The notes under the pieces were generated by a model. It was not told the DNA's origin and made no database searches. It was given only the letters and a program-made list of their open reading frames with translations. 62,246 nt of DNA, taken from Colwellia sp. (GTDB lineage Bacteria > Pseudomonadota > Gammaproteobacteria > Enterobacterales > Alteromonadaceae). Below are positions 40,270 through 50,654 of the stretch, in pieces; position 1 is the stretch's first letter, and every line of letters begins with the position of its first letter. Position numbers and translations under genes: made by a program. Where the stretch lies: NCBI GenBank assembly GCA_003521815.1, contig DPHE01000079.1, forward strand, positions 1 to 62,246, in the 5' to 3' direction.

Positions 40270-40722
40270 ATGTATAAACATATTTTATTTGCAACCGAGT
40301 TGAATGAGACTAAAAGCTACATCGAGAACAAAGTTACGCAATTACAGCAGCTCACTCAAGCTAAACTGAGTGTTATCCATGTAGTAGAACCTATACCTAA
40401 CGTTTATTACGGTGGTGTTTACGGTGTCATTCCCGGTTTAGACTCTTCAGATAGCATTGGTACTACAAGAATATTAGAAGAGCGTGCCAAAGATATACTG
40501 CAACCTTTGGTTAAAAGACTCAAGCTTACAGAGCAAGACTTACATATACCTATAGGACATACCAGTGGGGAAATATTAGCTTTTGCCGAAAAGGAAAACG
40601 TTGATTTAATTATAGCAGGCAGTCATGGTGTGCATGGTTTACAATTATTATTAGGCTCTACCACTAATGCCATTTTACACGGGGCAACATGTGATGTATT
40701 AGCCGTACGCTTCAAAGAATAA
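40270..40722 (+). CDS. universal stress protein
   Basis: MYKHIL.A, L..IHV, DLII.GSHG..G...LLGST...IL..A.CDVL.VR. Confidence 0.92.
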   Translation: MYKHILFATELNETKSYIENKVTQLQQLTQAKLSVIHVVEPIPNVYYGGVYGVIPGLDSSDSIGTTRILEERAKDILQPLVKRLKLTEQDLHIPIGHTSGEILAFAEKENVDLIIAGSHGVHGLQLLLGSTTNAILHGATCDVLAVRFKE

Positions 40723-40977
40723 AAACGATTTTGGTAAAAATATTATATGATAATTAGCACCATAGCTTAATTTTATACTCTAACCGATAAATATAACAGT
40801 TAACATTATAAGCCTTCAGGTAGAAGTAAGTGGACGGTTCGCATCTCGCAACATTGGGCCTATTAAAAGCTATAAAACTTGGTTTAAAAAAGTGACGGCT
40901 ACTTGTTCTCCTATGCTGGTGATAACGTATTGTTAATAGTTGCTTAATTGCACGATATCAACCTTTATGAGGGCTTT

Positions 40978-42153
40978 ATGATAAAGAAAATAAGCTTGGT
41001 TATATTACTTATTGCCGCTGCCCTAATTATTTGGCAGCTAAATAAGTCTGATATACTAACAGTTGAGACCGCCAATGTTGATATTGGTTTAACCGAAACA
41101 ACGGTTGTTAATACTCGGGCAGGTTCTATAACTGCTTGCCTACGCTCCAAGTTAGCCCTTTCCGTCGGAGGGCAAATAGCAGCAATTAATGTTAAGGAAG
41201 GACAGCAAGTTAAACGCGGCGATATTCTGCTTAACTTGTGGAATAAAGATCTTAAAGCGCAAGTACACTCAGCTGAAGCCAGTGTTGTCGCAGCTGATTT
41301 TACCCAGCGAAGTTGGTGTATCGTCAATCAATCAGATCAACGTGAAGCCTTTCGTCTGAGCAATTTAATCACTAAAAATTTAGCTTCTCAAGGACAATTT
41401 GATCTTGCTCAGGCCAAAGCCCACGCAAGCAAGGCGGCTTGCTCCTCGGCTAAGGCTAGCTGGCAACAAACAAAATCCATGTTAGCGCAAGCACAAGCCA
41501 TTATTGAAAAAACCTATTTGGTCGCTCCATTTGATGGCACTGTGGGTGAAATATCAGGCGAAATAGGCGAATTTAGTACGCCATCACCACCCGGTGTACC
41601 TACCCCACCAGCCATTGATTTACTCACGACTGATTGCCACTATGTTACCGCGCCCCTTGATGAAGTTGACGCAGGTAAAATAGCCTTAGGTATGCCCGTT
41701 AGAATTACCTTAGATGCATTTCGTGGACAGATGTTTATGGGTAAAGTAAAACGCATAGCGGCCTATGTTCAAGATTACGCGAAACAAGCCCGTACAGTGG
41801 ACATAGAAATTGTTTTTGATACGACTCAAAACCTACCAGATTTATTAGCTGGTTATAGTGTTGATGTCGAAATAATTTTGGCTAGCGCCAGTAATAATCT
41901 ACGTGTACCAACTGATGCAATTATTGACAATAATACCATTTACATTCTCAATAACCTTGGGATTATAGAGAAAAAACATATCAGCTTAGGGTTAAGTAAC
42001 TGGGAGTTTACTGAAGTCACTCAAGGTTTGAAAAAAGCAGATAAAGTGATCATTAATGCTGCCAATATAGTGAATATTCATGCAGGATTATCCGCGGTAT
42101 CTACACAAGAGCGCAGACAGAAAAAATCAACAGAGTATACAAATAATGACTGA
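40978..42153 (+). CDS. efflux periplasmic adaptor (MFP, MacA-like)
   Basis: N-terminal TM, GQI..I.VKEGQ.VK.G..L, APFDG.V, DEVD...I..G..V.I.LDA. Confidence 0.88.
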   Translation: MIKKISLVILLIAAALIIWQLNKSDILTVETANVDIGLTETTVVNTRAGSITACLRSKLALSVGGQIAAINVKEGQQVKRGDILLNLWNKDLKAQVHSAEASVVAADFTQRSWCIVNQSDQREAFRLSNLITKNLASQGQFDLAQAKAHASKAACSSAKASWQQTKSMLAQAQAIIEKTYLVAPFDGTVGEISGEIGEFSTPSPPGVPTPPAIDLLTTDCHYVTAPLDEVDAGKIALGMPVRITLDAFRGQMFMGKVKRIAAYVQDYAKQARTVDIEIVFDTTQNLPDLLAGYSVDVEIILASASNNLRVPTDAIIDNNTIYILNNLGIIEKKHISLGLSNWEFTEVTQGLKKADKVIINAANIVNIHAGLSAVSTQERRQKKSTEYTNND

Positions 42154-42880
42154 TAACGCTATTATCAATATCAGTCATATTAACAAAACCTATCAAGTGG
42201 GTGAACAGCCCCTGCACGCCTTACAAAATATTAAACTTAACATTAAACAAGGAGAATATTTATCATTGATGGGCCCTTCAGGCTCTGGCAAATCAACGTT
42301 ACTCAATATGATCGGTTTACTCGATAGACCCGATACAGGTCAGTATCAACTACAGGGCGAGAACACCGAAGTATTAACCGAAGAGCAACGAGCTCTGCTG
42401 AGACGAAAACATATCGGTTTTGTTTTTCAATCGTTTCATTTGATCCCAAGATTAACCGCATTAGAAAATGTTGAATTACCACTCATGTTAGCAGGTGTAA
42501 AACCCAAATTGCGTAGGGAAAAATCCAGTGATCTATTATCTGAGCTTGGTTTAGGTAATCATCTTGGGCAATTACCTAAACATTTATCTGGCGGACAATT
42601 ACAGCGTGTCGGCATTGCCCGAGCCTTAATTACCGAACCCACTATATTGCTTGCCGATGAACCTACTGGAAATTTAGATCAAAGTTCAGGCCAAGAAGTT
42701 ACCGATATTTTAGAGCGTTATAACCGAAATGGCATCACATTATTAGTGGTAACTCATGATCTAGCTTTGGGTAATCGCGCCCAGCGACAACTTAATATGG
42801 TAGATGGCGTAATTGTCACTGATACAGGATTATCAACGATAAAAATTAAGCAATATGAGCAACAGGGGCCAAGTCAATGA
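42146..42880 (+). CDS. ABC transporter ATP-binding protein (MacB/LolD-like)
   Basis: GPSGSGKST, LSGGQLQRV, LADEPTGNLD, VTHD; start MTDNA overlaps the MFP stop. Confidence 0.93.
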   Translation: MTDNAIINISHINKTYQVGEQPLHALQNIKLNIKQGEYLSLMGPSGSGKSTLLNMIGLLDRPDTGQYQLQGENTEVLTEEQRALLRRKHIGFVFQSFHLIPRLTALENVELPLMLAGVKPKLRREKSSDLLSELGLGNHLGQLPKHLSGGQLQRVGIARALITEPTILLADEPTGNLDQSSGQEVTDILERYNRNGITLLVVTHDLALGNRAQRQLNMVDGVIVTDTGLSTIKIKQYEQQGPSQ

Positions 42881-44079
42881 ACCTAGCGGATCATTGGCTG
42901 TTCAGTTACCAAGCCTTGGCCCGTCATCGTTTACGTAGTGCAATGGTATTACTTGCGATTGGCATGGGAGTATCATCGGTGCTATTACTAACAAGCATTG
43001 GTGAAGGTGCGCGCTTATTCATCGAACAAGAATTTTCCACCTTAGGGGCAAAAATGTTGGTTGTCTTACCAGGGAAAAAAGAAACCACCGGCTCTTCCCC
43101 ACCCCTTTATGGCACCAGTCCACGTGATTTAACCATCGAAGATGCTCAAGCACTAAAAAATATCCGAACAATAAGCCATGTTGCCCCTATTATTGCGGGT
43201 ACTGCCACCGTGTCGAACCAATCATTGTCACGTGACATTATCATTATTGGCACCAATAGAGAAATGTTTACGGTACGCAATTTAAGCATTAAACAAGGCA
43301 GGATGTTACCTAAAAATAGTGAAACTCGCGCGACTCCAGTTTGTATTCTAGGTGCAAAGTTAGCAAAAGAACTCTTCAAAAAAAGCTCGCCACTGGGGCA
43401 ATGGTTACGTATTGGTGAATATAAATACCGCGTTATTGGTTTGTTGAAGCAACGTGGTGAATCATTAGGGTTAGACCTGCGAGATATGGTGATAATTCCC
43501 GTGAGATCAGCGCAAATGCTATTTAACTCTCCTGCCTTGTTTCGTATTTTAGTACAATTAAAACAAACCAAATTTGAAACGAGTACCATAGTAAAAATAA
43601 ATAAAATCATCGCCCAGCGTCACGAAGGCGAAGCCGATATTACGATTATCAGTCAAGATGCGATGTTAAGTGCATTCAATAAAATTATTGTTGCCGTTAC
43701 CGCCAGTATTGGTGCTATTGCGGCTATCAGTTTAATTGTTGCCGGCATATTAATTATGAATGTCAGTTATATTAGTGTTTCACAACGACGAGAAGAAATA
43801 GGGCTATTGAAATCACTTGGCGCGAGTGTCCGTGAGGTACGTCTAATTTTTATTATATCCTCCTTAGTTATCACCAGTTTTGGTACGCTTGCAGGCTTGA
43901 TACTTTCTTATAGTATCGTCTTTATTATCCAGACTAATTTTCCAAGCATACCGCTAGCTATACCTTGGTGGTCTACACTCGCAGCGATATTCATGTCTTT
44001 TCTCATGGCATTATTATTTAGTTGGTTACCCGCCAATAAAGCCGCTGCCGTTGATCCTATATTGGCTTTGAGGGGGTAA
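42877..44079 (+). CDS. ABC transporter permease (MacB/FtsX-like)
   Basis: H.LRS....L.I..GV, ISL.V.GI.IMN....SV..R..EIG..K.LGA, PA.KAA..DPI.ALR. Confidence 0.9.
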   Translation: MNLADHWLFSYQALARHRLRSAMVLLAIGMGVSSVLLLTSIGEGARLFIEQEFSTLGAKMLVVLPGKKETTGSSPPLYGTSPRDLTIEDAQALKNIRTISHVAPIIAGTATVSNQSLSRDIIIIGTNREMFTVRNLSIKQGRMLPKNSETRATPVCILGAKLAKELFKKSSPLGQWLRIGEYKYRVIGLLKQRGESLGLDLRDMVIIPVRSAQMLFNSPALFRILVQLKQTKFETSTIVKINKIIAQRHEGEADITIISQDAMLSAFNKIIVAVTASIGAIAAISLIVAGILIMNVSYISVSQRREEIGLLKSLGASVREVRLIFIISSLVITSFGTLAGLILSYSIVFIIQTNFPSIPLAIPWWSTLAAIFMSFLMALLFSWLPANKAAAVDPILALRG

Positions 44080-44085
44080 TATAAA

Positions 44086-45282
44086 ATGAGATTAACAGAT
44101 TATATTACTTGGATTTATTGCGCTGTCAATGCTCAAAAGAGACGGACATTGTTAACCATATTTGGTTTTAGTGTTGGAATTTCTGCCGTGATCTTACTCA
44201 ATGCTATTGGCGAGAATTTACGACAATATATTTTAAACGAATTTACCCAGTTTGGTAGTCATATTGTTGCTGTAACACCAGGTAAAACAGAAACCTTTGG
44301 TGTGGGTGCATTACTTAATACCGTGCGACCACTTACGCTTGAGGATGCCATCAGTCTAGAGCGTTTGCCCGCCGCTAAATATGTCGTTCCTGTAGTCATG
44401 GGAACAGCCCAAATTAAATGGTATCAACGAGGACGCTATACTGACGTTGCAGGCATCACAGCTCCAGCTTTAAACGCTTGGCAATTAACACTCGCTCAAG
44501 GCAAGTTTTTACCCGCTGATGATATATTAACACCACGAGCTTTTGCCGTGTTGGGCGCAACATTAAAACAAGAGTTATTTTCAAATAATAACGCCATAGG
44601 TGAAAAAATTCATGTAGGTAGCCACAGCTATAGAATTATAGGTGTGCTAAAAGAGAAAGGTGAATTTATTGGCATAAATTTAGATGATATGGTGTACATT
44701 CCAACGGCAAAGGCATTACGTTTATTTAATCGTAATAGTGTTATGGAAATAGATATTTTCTATCATGAAAATATTGCCACAGCTAAATTTAGCCAACAAG
44801 TAAGTAAGTTGTTAATTTCCCGTCATCATAGTGAAGACTTCACTCTAGTCACCCAGGACGATATGCTAAAAAGTTTAGATGCAATTTTACGCTTCGTTAA
44901 ATACGCTGCCGCAGGGTTAGGCATAATTTCGTTGCTTGTCGGTGCGGTAGGTATTATTACTATTTTAACCATTACTGTTACCGAGCGTAATCAAGAGATA
45001 GGCTTACTTCGGGCGCTGGGCTTTTCATCCACTCACATACGTTATTTTTTTCTAGGTGAGGCGGTTATTATCGCATTAATTAGTGGTGTTTTAGGTTATA
45101 TTATATCAATGACTTTATTGTTTATTGCAAAATTATTTATACCAACGATGCCGATTATTTTTGAACCATTAGCCTTAATGTCTTCTTTGATTATTTCTAC
45201 CGTTATTGGTGCCTTAGCAGGTTGGCAGCCAGCGAGTAAAGCGGCTAGACTTGAGCCTGTAATTGCATTACGTGCTGAGTAA
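44086..45282 (+). CDS. ABC transporter permease (MacB/FtsX-like)
   Basis: RT.LT..G..VG, ISLLVG.VGI, V.ER..EIG..RALG, PA.KAA.L.PV.ALR. Confidence 0.9.
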   Translation: MRLTDYITWIYCAVNAQKRRTLLTIFGFSVGISAVILLNAIGENLRQYILNEFTQFGSHIVAVTPGKTETFGVGALLNTVRPLTLEDAISLERLPAAKYVVPVVMGTAQIKWYQRGRYTDVAGITAPALNAWQLTLAQGKFLPADDILTPRAFAVLGATLKQELFSNNNAIGEKIHVGSHSYRIIGVLKEKGEFIGINLDDMVYIPTAKALRLFNRNSVMEIDIFYHENIATAKFSQQVSKLLISRHHSEDFTLVTQDDMLKSLDAILRFVKYAAAGLGIISLLVGAVGIITILTITVTERNQEIGLLRALGFSSTHIRYFFLGEAVIIALISGVLGYIISMTLLFIAKLFIPTMPIIFEPLALMSSLIISTVIGALAGWQPASKAARLEPVIALRAE

Positions 45283-45326
45283 AGTTTCTTTGTAACTTTT
45301 TCTCTGTAATAAGGATTTATCACCTA

Positions 45327-46856
45327 ATGTTAAAACTCAAATCCGTTGCCATCGATACCTTTAAAGAAAATGTTGCCTATTTACATCGCGATTGTCCTCT
45401 TTACCGCACCGAAGGTTTTCAGGCATTAATGAAAATAGAAATCTATATAAAAGGCAATGGTGGTCCTGTACTTGCTGTACTAAATATTGTTGATGACTGC
45501 GCTATTGTTGATATTAATGAACTGGGTTTAAGTACCCAAGCTTTTAGGCAATTAGACAAAAAGCAAGGAGTTAACGTAAGAATTGCGCCCGCTAAACCGC
45601 CAATTTCTCTTAAAGCGGTACACCGAAAAATTGCGGGTCAAACCCTGAACAAAAATGAATTTCATATTATTTGCCAAGATATATTAGAAAACCGTTATTC
45701 AAAGATGGAAATCGCTGCTTTTTTAGTCGCCTGTAGCCACAATGGCTTAGAACGTGAAGAAGTCTTTTTTTTAACGAAAGCCATGGTTGACACCGGTAAA
45801 ACCTTAAACTGGGGCGAAGCTATTGTGGTAGATAAACATTGTATTGGTGGTATTCCAGGTAATCGTACCACCATGATAGTAATGCCGATAATAGCCGCTC
45901 ACGGTATGCTAATGCCTAAAACCTCTAGCCGTGCTATTACATCTCCTGCAGGTACCGCTGATACCATGGAGGTATTGGCTAATGTCGAGCTTTCCATAGA
46001 ACAAATGCAAAAAGTTGTACAGCAGCATCGCGGTATGTTGACTTGGGGAGGGACGGCAAGATTAGCTCCCGTGGATGATATTTTAATTTCAGTTGAACGA
46101 CCATTGTCTATGGACTCAACTGGACAATTAGTAGCCTCTATCTTATCTAAAAAAATAGCGGCAGGCTCAACCCATCTGCTTATTGATATTCCCGTAGGTG
46201 CGTCCGCTAAAATTCATCATAATCAAGAAGCGTTAGCCTTAAGGAAATTATTTGAATATATTGGTGATCTCTTTGGTTTACATATCGATGTGGTGATTAG
46301 TGATGGCTCTCAACCTATAGGTAATGGTATTGGTCCGGCGTTAGAAGCCAGAGATGTACAGCAAGTTTTAAGCAACAAAAAAAATGCTCCTAGTGATTTA
46401 AGGGAAAAATCATTACGCTTAGCGGGAAGAATTTTAGAGTTTGATCCCGATGTTAGAGGTGGCCAAGGTTATATTATTGCGAGAGATATTTTAGAATCTG
46501 GTCGTGCATTTGAAAAAATGAAAGCCATAATAACAGAACAAGGGGTACAGAACAAAAAACAAAGTACGGCCGCGTTAGCGTATTCAGTAATCGCCCAAAA
46601 AAGTGGCTATATTTACGCAATAGATAACTTAAAAATAGCGCGTATAGCAAGCCTGGCTGGCGCACCTATAGATAAAAATGCGGGTATTGATCTTATTAAA
46701 AAAGTCGGCGATAAAATAAAAAAGGGTGACACTCTTTTTACTATATACGCCTGTTTTAAAAGTGACTTTGAATTTTCTATACAATTTTCTGATGAAAACA
46801 ATGCTTATGATATAGGGGAAAATCCGCCCTTGACAGACGATAACTACTTTATTTGA
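45327..46856 (+). CDS. thymidine/AMP phosphorylase-family protein (archaeal AMP-phosphorylase-like long form)
   Basis: N-terminal extra domain; [61 protein letters not shown]. Confidence 0.88.
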   Translation: MLKLKSVAIDTFKENVAYLHRDCPLYRTEGFQALMKIEIYIKGNGGPVLAVLNIVDDCAIVDINELGLSTQAFRQLDKKQGVNVRIAPAKPPISLKAVHRKIAGQTLNKNEFHIICQDILENRYSKMEIAAFLVACSHNGLEREEVFFLTKAMVDTGKTLNWGEAIVVDKHCIGGIPGNRTTMIVMPIIAAHGMLMPKTSSRAITSPAGTADTMEVLANVELSIEQMQKVVQQHRGMLTWGGTARLAPVDDILISVERPLSMDSTGQLVASILSKKIAAGSTHLLIDIPVGASAKIHHNQEALALRKLFEYIGDLFGLHIDVVISDGSQPIGNGIGPALEARDVQQVLSNKKNAPSDLREKSLRLAGRILEFDPDVRGGQGYIIARDILESGRAFEKMKAIITEQGVQNKKQSTAALAYSVIAQKSGYIYAIDNLKIARIASLAGAPIDKNAGIDLIKKVGDKIKKGDTLFTIYACFKSDFEFSIQFSDENNAYDIGENPPLTDDNYFI

Positions 46857-46877
46857 TTTTATATATTAGGAGTTACT

Positions 46878-47777
46878 ATGACCATAATACTGGGGTTTGA
46901 CGACTATTTATACCCTGGTCAGCAGCTCGCCAAAAGTTTATTGATCCCGTTTAAAAAGGTTGAACTGCATCAATTTCCTGATGGTGAAACAAAAGTGACT
47001 TTGCCGGTAAAGTTACCGAGGCAAATTATTCTATGTAGAACGTTAAATCAGCCTAATGCAAAACTCATTGAACTAATCATAACTGCTTCAGCAGCAAGAG
47101 CCCAAGGAGTTGAACATATTACCTTAGTAGCGCCCTATTTATGCTACATGCGCCAAGATATTGCTTTTAATACAGGAGAAGCGATTAGCCAAAAAATAAT
47201 AGGCCATTTACTCGGTAGCTATTTTGACCGAGTTATTACCATTGACCCACACCTGCATCGCATCAATAACTTAAGTGAGGCAATTTCAAGCAATCAAGCT
47301 ATTGCTTTGCACGCTAGCAGTGCTATGTCTGCATTTTTACAACAACAGTTTAGTCAACCTGTACTGATTGGCCCTGACCAAGAATCTGAACAATGGGTTA
47401 AAGCGATAGCCAAGCCTCATCAGTGGGATTATGCGATTGCTACTAAAGAACGTTTGGGTGATAAAAATGTTGTTATAACTTTAGAAACTAATGATCAAGA
47501 GAATCAAAACGAAGTAACCCTAACAAATCGAGACGTTATTATTGTTGACGATATTGCCAGTACAGGAAAAACGCTTGAACAAGCGGTGAAACAAATACAA
47601 CGACAAGTACCAGCGAGTATTTCAATCATAGTGACACATGCATTTTTTGTGGATAACGCCATAACAAGACTGACTAATATGGGCGTTGATAATATTTGGA
47701 GTTCGGATAGCGTGCTGCATAACAGTAATGCCTTCAGTATTATAGACATCATAGCAGAGCAGCTTAAACTATCTTAA
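46878..47777 (+). CDS. ribose-phosphate pyrophosphokinase-like protein
   Basis: FPDGE, PYL.YMRQD..F..GE, DPHLH, K.R, IVDDIASTGKT, TH..F; GPDQES in place of SPDxGG. Confidence 0.85.
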   Translation: MTIILGFDDYLYPGQQLAKSLLIPFKKVELHQFPDGETKVTLPVKLPRQIILCRTLNQPNAKLIELIITASAARAQGVEHITLVAPYLCYMRQDIAFNTGEAISQKIIGHLLGSYFDRVITIDPHLHRINNLSEAISSNQAIALHASSAMSAFLQQQFSQPVLIGPDQESEQWVKAIAKPHQWDYAIATKERLGDKNVVITLETNDQENQNEVTLTNRDVIIVDDIASTGKTLEQAVKQIQRQVPASISIIVTHAFFVDNAITRLTNMGVDNIWSSDSVLHNSNAFSIIDIIAEQLKLS

Positions 47778-48005
47778 TCATATAGACATCAGTTAGTAAC
47801 AAAATAAATCACCATTAGAGATAAATCTGTTCGTGTTATATTTTTATATAGCTAAAAAATATTTAAGGTACAAGAACTATAGGTACATCAAAATAATGTA
47901 CTAGTTGCATTGTACATTCGACAGCACGATCATCCCATATACTACCATCCACACCTACTAAATATAAATTATTTAACCTGTATTATATCTTCAATTATTA
48001 CACGG

Positions 48006-48458
48006 TTAATACCCATAAAATTGATAGTTAGTACTACGATAGGGTATTAATTCATAATGAGGTTGCAAGAATGTTACTAAATTAACCAATTCAGTTATTG
48101 TCATTACATCATTAATGTTTTTCATTTTAGATTCACCCTCCACAGCAATAATAGCCAGAGGGTAACCTTGAGCAAATTTATGCGAAGGGTTAATAACACT
48201 AGTCACCAGATCAGCATATGTTTTTACTTTGGTTGACTTGCCCCCTAAACGAACATTTAAATCAGGGTTGTTTATACCTGTAGCTTGTTCGATGCCATTA
48301 ATATGATGGCATGCTAAACATTGATGTTTAGTCAACACCACTGCTCCTTTATTAACATCACCCTGAGGCAAACTAAATCCTTGGGGTGAATCGGGTCCTC
48401 CTTCACAACCGATGAGGATCAAGCTACTTAAAGCAATACAACATAATAAATATTTCAT
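48006..48458 (-). CDS. lipoprotein c-type cytochrome (paralog of 38392-38847)
   Basis: LIGC lipobox, GFSLP.GD, CLACH, LVTSVINPSH, SKM; AGGAG RBS. Confidence 0.82.
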   Translation of the reverse strand: MKYLLCCIALSSLILIGCEGGPDSPQGFSLPQGDVNKGAVVLTKHQCLACHHINGIEQATGINNPDLNVRLGGKSTKVKTYADLVTSVINPSHKFAQGYPLAIIAVEGESKMKNINDVMTITELVNLVTFLQPHYELIPYRSTNYQFYGY

Positions 48459-48497
48459 AAAAACTCCTAAATAAATATAAATAAGACTGATAACCTC

Positions 48498-49223
48498 TTA
48501 CGGGTTCATGTCATCTAAAGTCGATGTAATTGTTTTAGCGGCTTGATTTGCCCAAACTTGATAGGCTATTTTTGATGGATGAAATCCATCCTTGGCGATA
48601 TACTTAGGTTCAATTGACGCATCAATATCAAAATTAGTACATTGGCTAAAGTTACCTACAATGACGGTCAATAAGCTATTTAACCGCTTAGAGCGCTCTC
48701 CCCACCACCAACGTAAAGGCTGAGGGAATTTCGTAAATTCTTGCATGGGAGGAAGGTTTGATAGGAGTATTTTTTTCACCGAAAATTTCGATACCAAAAC
48801 ATTGATCATTACATTCATATTTTTTTCCCATCGTCCAGAATGAGTAAAATGAGTGACGTCATTAACGCCAATCGACACCAGTACTATATCAAACGGTTCT
48901 TCTTGCAAGTTTTGTAGCATGTCCAATACATCCAAAGCTGTAGCACCTGTCTTTGCAAGCAATTTCCAGTTAACGCTATAATGATGTCCAAGTAATGATG
49001 ATAACTGTCCTGCTAATGCATCTTCTTGCCCATCGACACCAACACCTAACGCGGCGGAATCACCAATGATGAGCAACTTCAATTCATTGCCACTACCACA
49101 AACGCCTAAACGATCTCCTGTAGGCTCAGGTAACGATAAGGTCATTTTGTTGATGAAAAGAGCTTGTGGTATCAATACTGGCATTAACAGTATTGTTGTT
49201 ATTTGATGGAACAAATTAATCAC
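48498..49223 (-). CDS. SGNH/GDSL hydrolase
   Basis: IGDSAALG (S), TGAT (G), GVND (N), DGFHPS (H); GTG start with AAGGAG. Confidence 0.88.
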   Translation of the reverse strand: MINLFHQITTILLMPVLIPQALFINKMTLSLPEPTGDRLGVCGSGNELKLLIIGDSAALGVGVDGQEDALAGQLSSLLGHHYSVNWKLLAKTGATALDVLDMLQNLQEEPFDIVLVSIGVNDVTHFTHSGRWEKNMNVMINVLVSKFSVKKILLSNLPPMQEFTKFPQPLRWWWGERSKRLNSLLTVIVGNFSQCTNFDIDASIEPKYIAKDGFHPSKIAYQVWANQAAKTITSTLDDMNP

Positions 49224-49383
49224 ACTCCTTTAATTTTATCCGCTAAAACGTATATTCCTAGGGGTTAACCGGCACTTGATTTATCACTACGGTTGCCTAA
49301 AAATAGGGTTCAACGGTTCTATCCTTAGTATCGCTATTGAAAAACTTGAGTGGATACTACAAGTAATACACTGATTTTGATAA

Positions 49384-49545
49384 TCACTTTAAAAAAGGGT
49401 TAGCTTCATCTAATCCTATTCCATTAAGTTGGTGAATAAGCTTAAACTCTAGCGCTTCAAGTTCCCTTAACTCTTCTCGTGTTGTGCTTTTATTAACTTC
49501 TTTCTTTGTCAGTACCGATAAACGGTTATGCTCACGAATTTGCAT
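49384..49545 (-). CDS. small hypothetical protein (53 aa), possibly a truncated gene
   Basis: MQIREHNRLS...EANPFLK; below ORF-track cutoff; FNR-like box 58 bp upstream. Confidence 0.35.
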   Translation of the reverse strand: MQIREHNRLSVLTKKEVNKSTTREELRELEALEFKLIHQLNGIGLDEANPFLK

Positions 49546-49602
49546 AATTAACTCTAGTATTCAATAAAGAATACAGTGTCGTTCAAACACCCACATATTA
49601 AA

Positions 49603-49616
49603 ATGATAAATATCAG
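49603..49616. promoter_or_regulatory. FNR-like box
   Basis: ATGAT-AAAT-ATCAG. Confidence 0.45.
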
Positions 49617-49629
49617 CAGAGTTAGCATA

Positions 49630-50106
49630 TTATTCTACGTTAAATTTTGACTGTTTCTTTTTGAGGTGTTCGACATGAACGATTAATGTGTCGACTGTGT
49701 CTTTTAATAAATCTAGCTCATCAACCGTCAGGTCATTTAACTGTTCGAGGTTGTACTCTATTGTATCAATTATCTTTTTATAAGGGCGCTGCATTGGTCT
49801 CATAAAATAGGTAGTAACTGTTCCTACAATGGTTCCAAAAAATAACATCGAACCAATCACTATCCACAGACCACCAACTAATTGAGCAGCACCAGATACC
49901 GGTGCATCAGCAATTACAGCAGTAGAAAATGCAGCTACTCCCCAATATAACGCTTTCCCATACGAATTGATTGACGTTCCTTCAATACCGCTTTCGGCCA
50001 GGTAAACTCCCGCAGCAAAAATTAGCCACAACATGACTAATAACAACACCATTTTTGTAAATGGCGTATGAATAGATATATCATTAATTAATTTCTTAAA
50101 TCGCAT
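49630..50106 (-). CDS. 2-TM potassium-channel-like protein with atypical filter
   Basis: TM1-Y.AE-turret-I.SYG.ALYW pore helix-STAVIAD-P.S-TM2 (G...FG.I.G.V), KcsA topology. Confidence 0.75.
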   Translation of the reverse strand: MRFKKLINDISIHTPFTKMVLLLVMLWLIFAAGVYLAESGIEGTSINSYGKALYWGVAAFSTAVIADAPVSGAAQLVGGLWIVIGSMLFFGTIVGTVTTYFMRPMQRPYKKIIDTIEYNLEQLNDLTVDELDLLKDTVDTLIVHVEHLKKKQSKFNVE

Positions 50107-50354
50107 ATGTCATCCAACTATTTACATTATGGAGCTTTTTACTATTGCCTTGTAAAATAATTCTGCATCATTGACTCCACTTATATACCCGTTAAAAACG
50201 CAATATTCATGTCAACCACCTCACCATTTCGATTCACTAAAGGCTCGCCTGATTTGCCAGGGTTGTATGATTGAAGAAAGCTATGATACTTTTCCCAAAA
50301 AACCGTTTAAAAAACATCAGCAAATGGACCATTTTTATCAAAATTTAAATTAAA

Positions 50355-50534
50355 CTAGTTATTTGATGATTCCGATACTTTAGTTTCATCTTGAATACAT
50401 TCTATGAAGGCAAACGCTTTACCACTTTCATGTGAACTATTTAGTACATGCTTTTTTGATTGCACTGGTGTAACAAAAAATAAGAATAAAAGAACAACTA
50501 AAACCGTAATAATAATAATCAGACTTTTTTTCAT
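50355..50534 (-). CDS. small exported or membrane-anchored protein (59 aa)
   Basis: AGGAG RBS; MKKSLIIIITVLVVLLFLFFVTPVQS signal-like N-terminus; missed by ORF track (<60 aa). Confidence 0.55.
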   Translation of the reverse strand: MKKSLIIIITVLVVLLFLFFVTPVQSKKHVLNSSHESGKAFAFIECIQDETKVSESSNN

Positions 50535-50654
50535 CTAAACTCCTAATGCCTTAACATTTGCAAAGACAACTTGCCGCATTTTCTTTCTCTGCTTTGGATA
50601 CCATTCTTTAACAAAAGCCATAATTTGGAAAATAGACAGCGGGTCTTCTATCCA

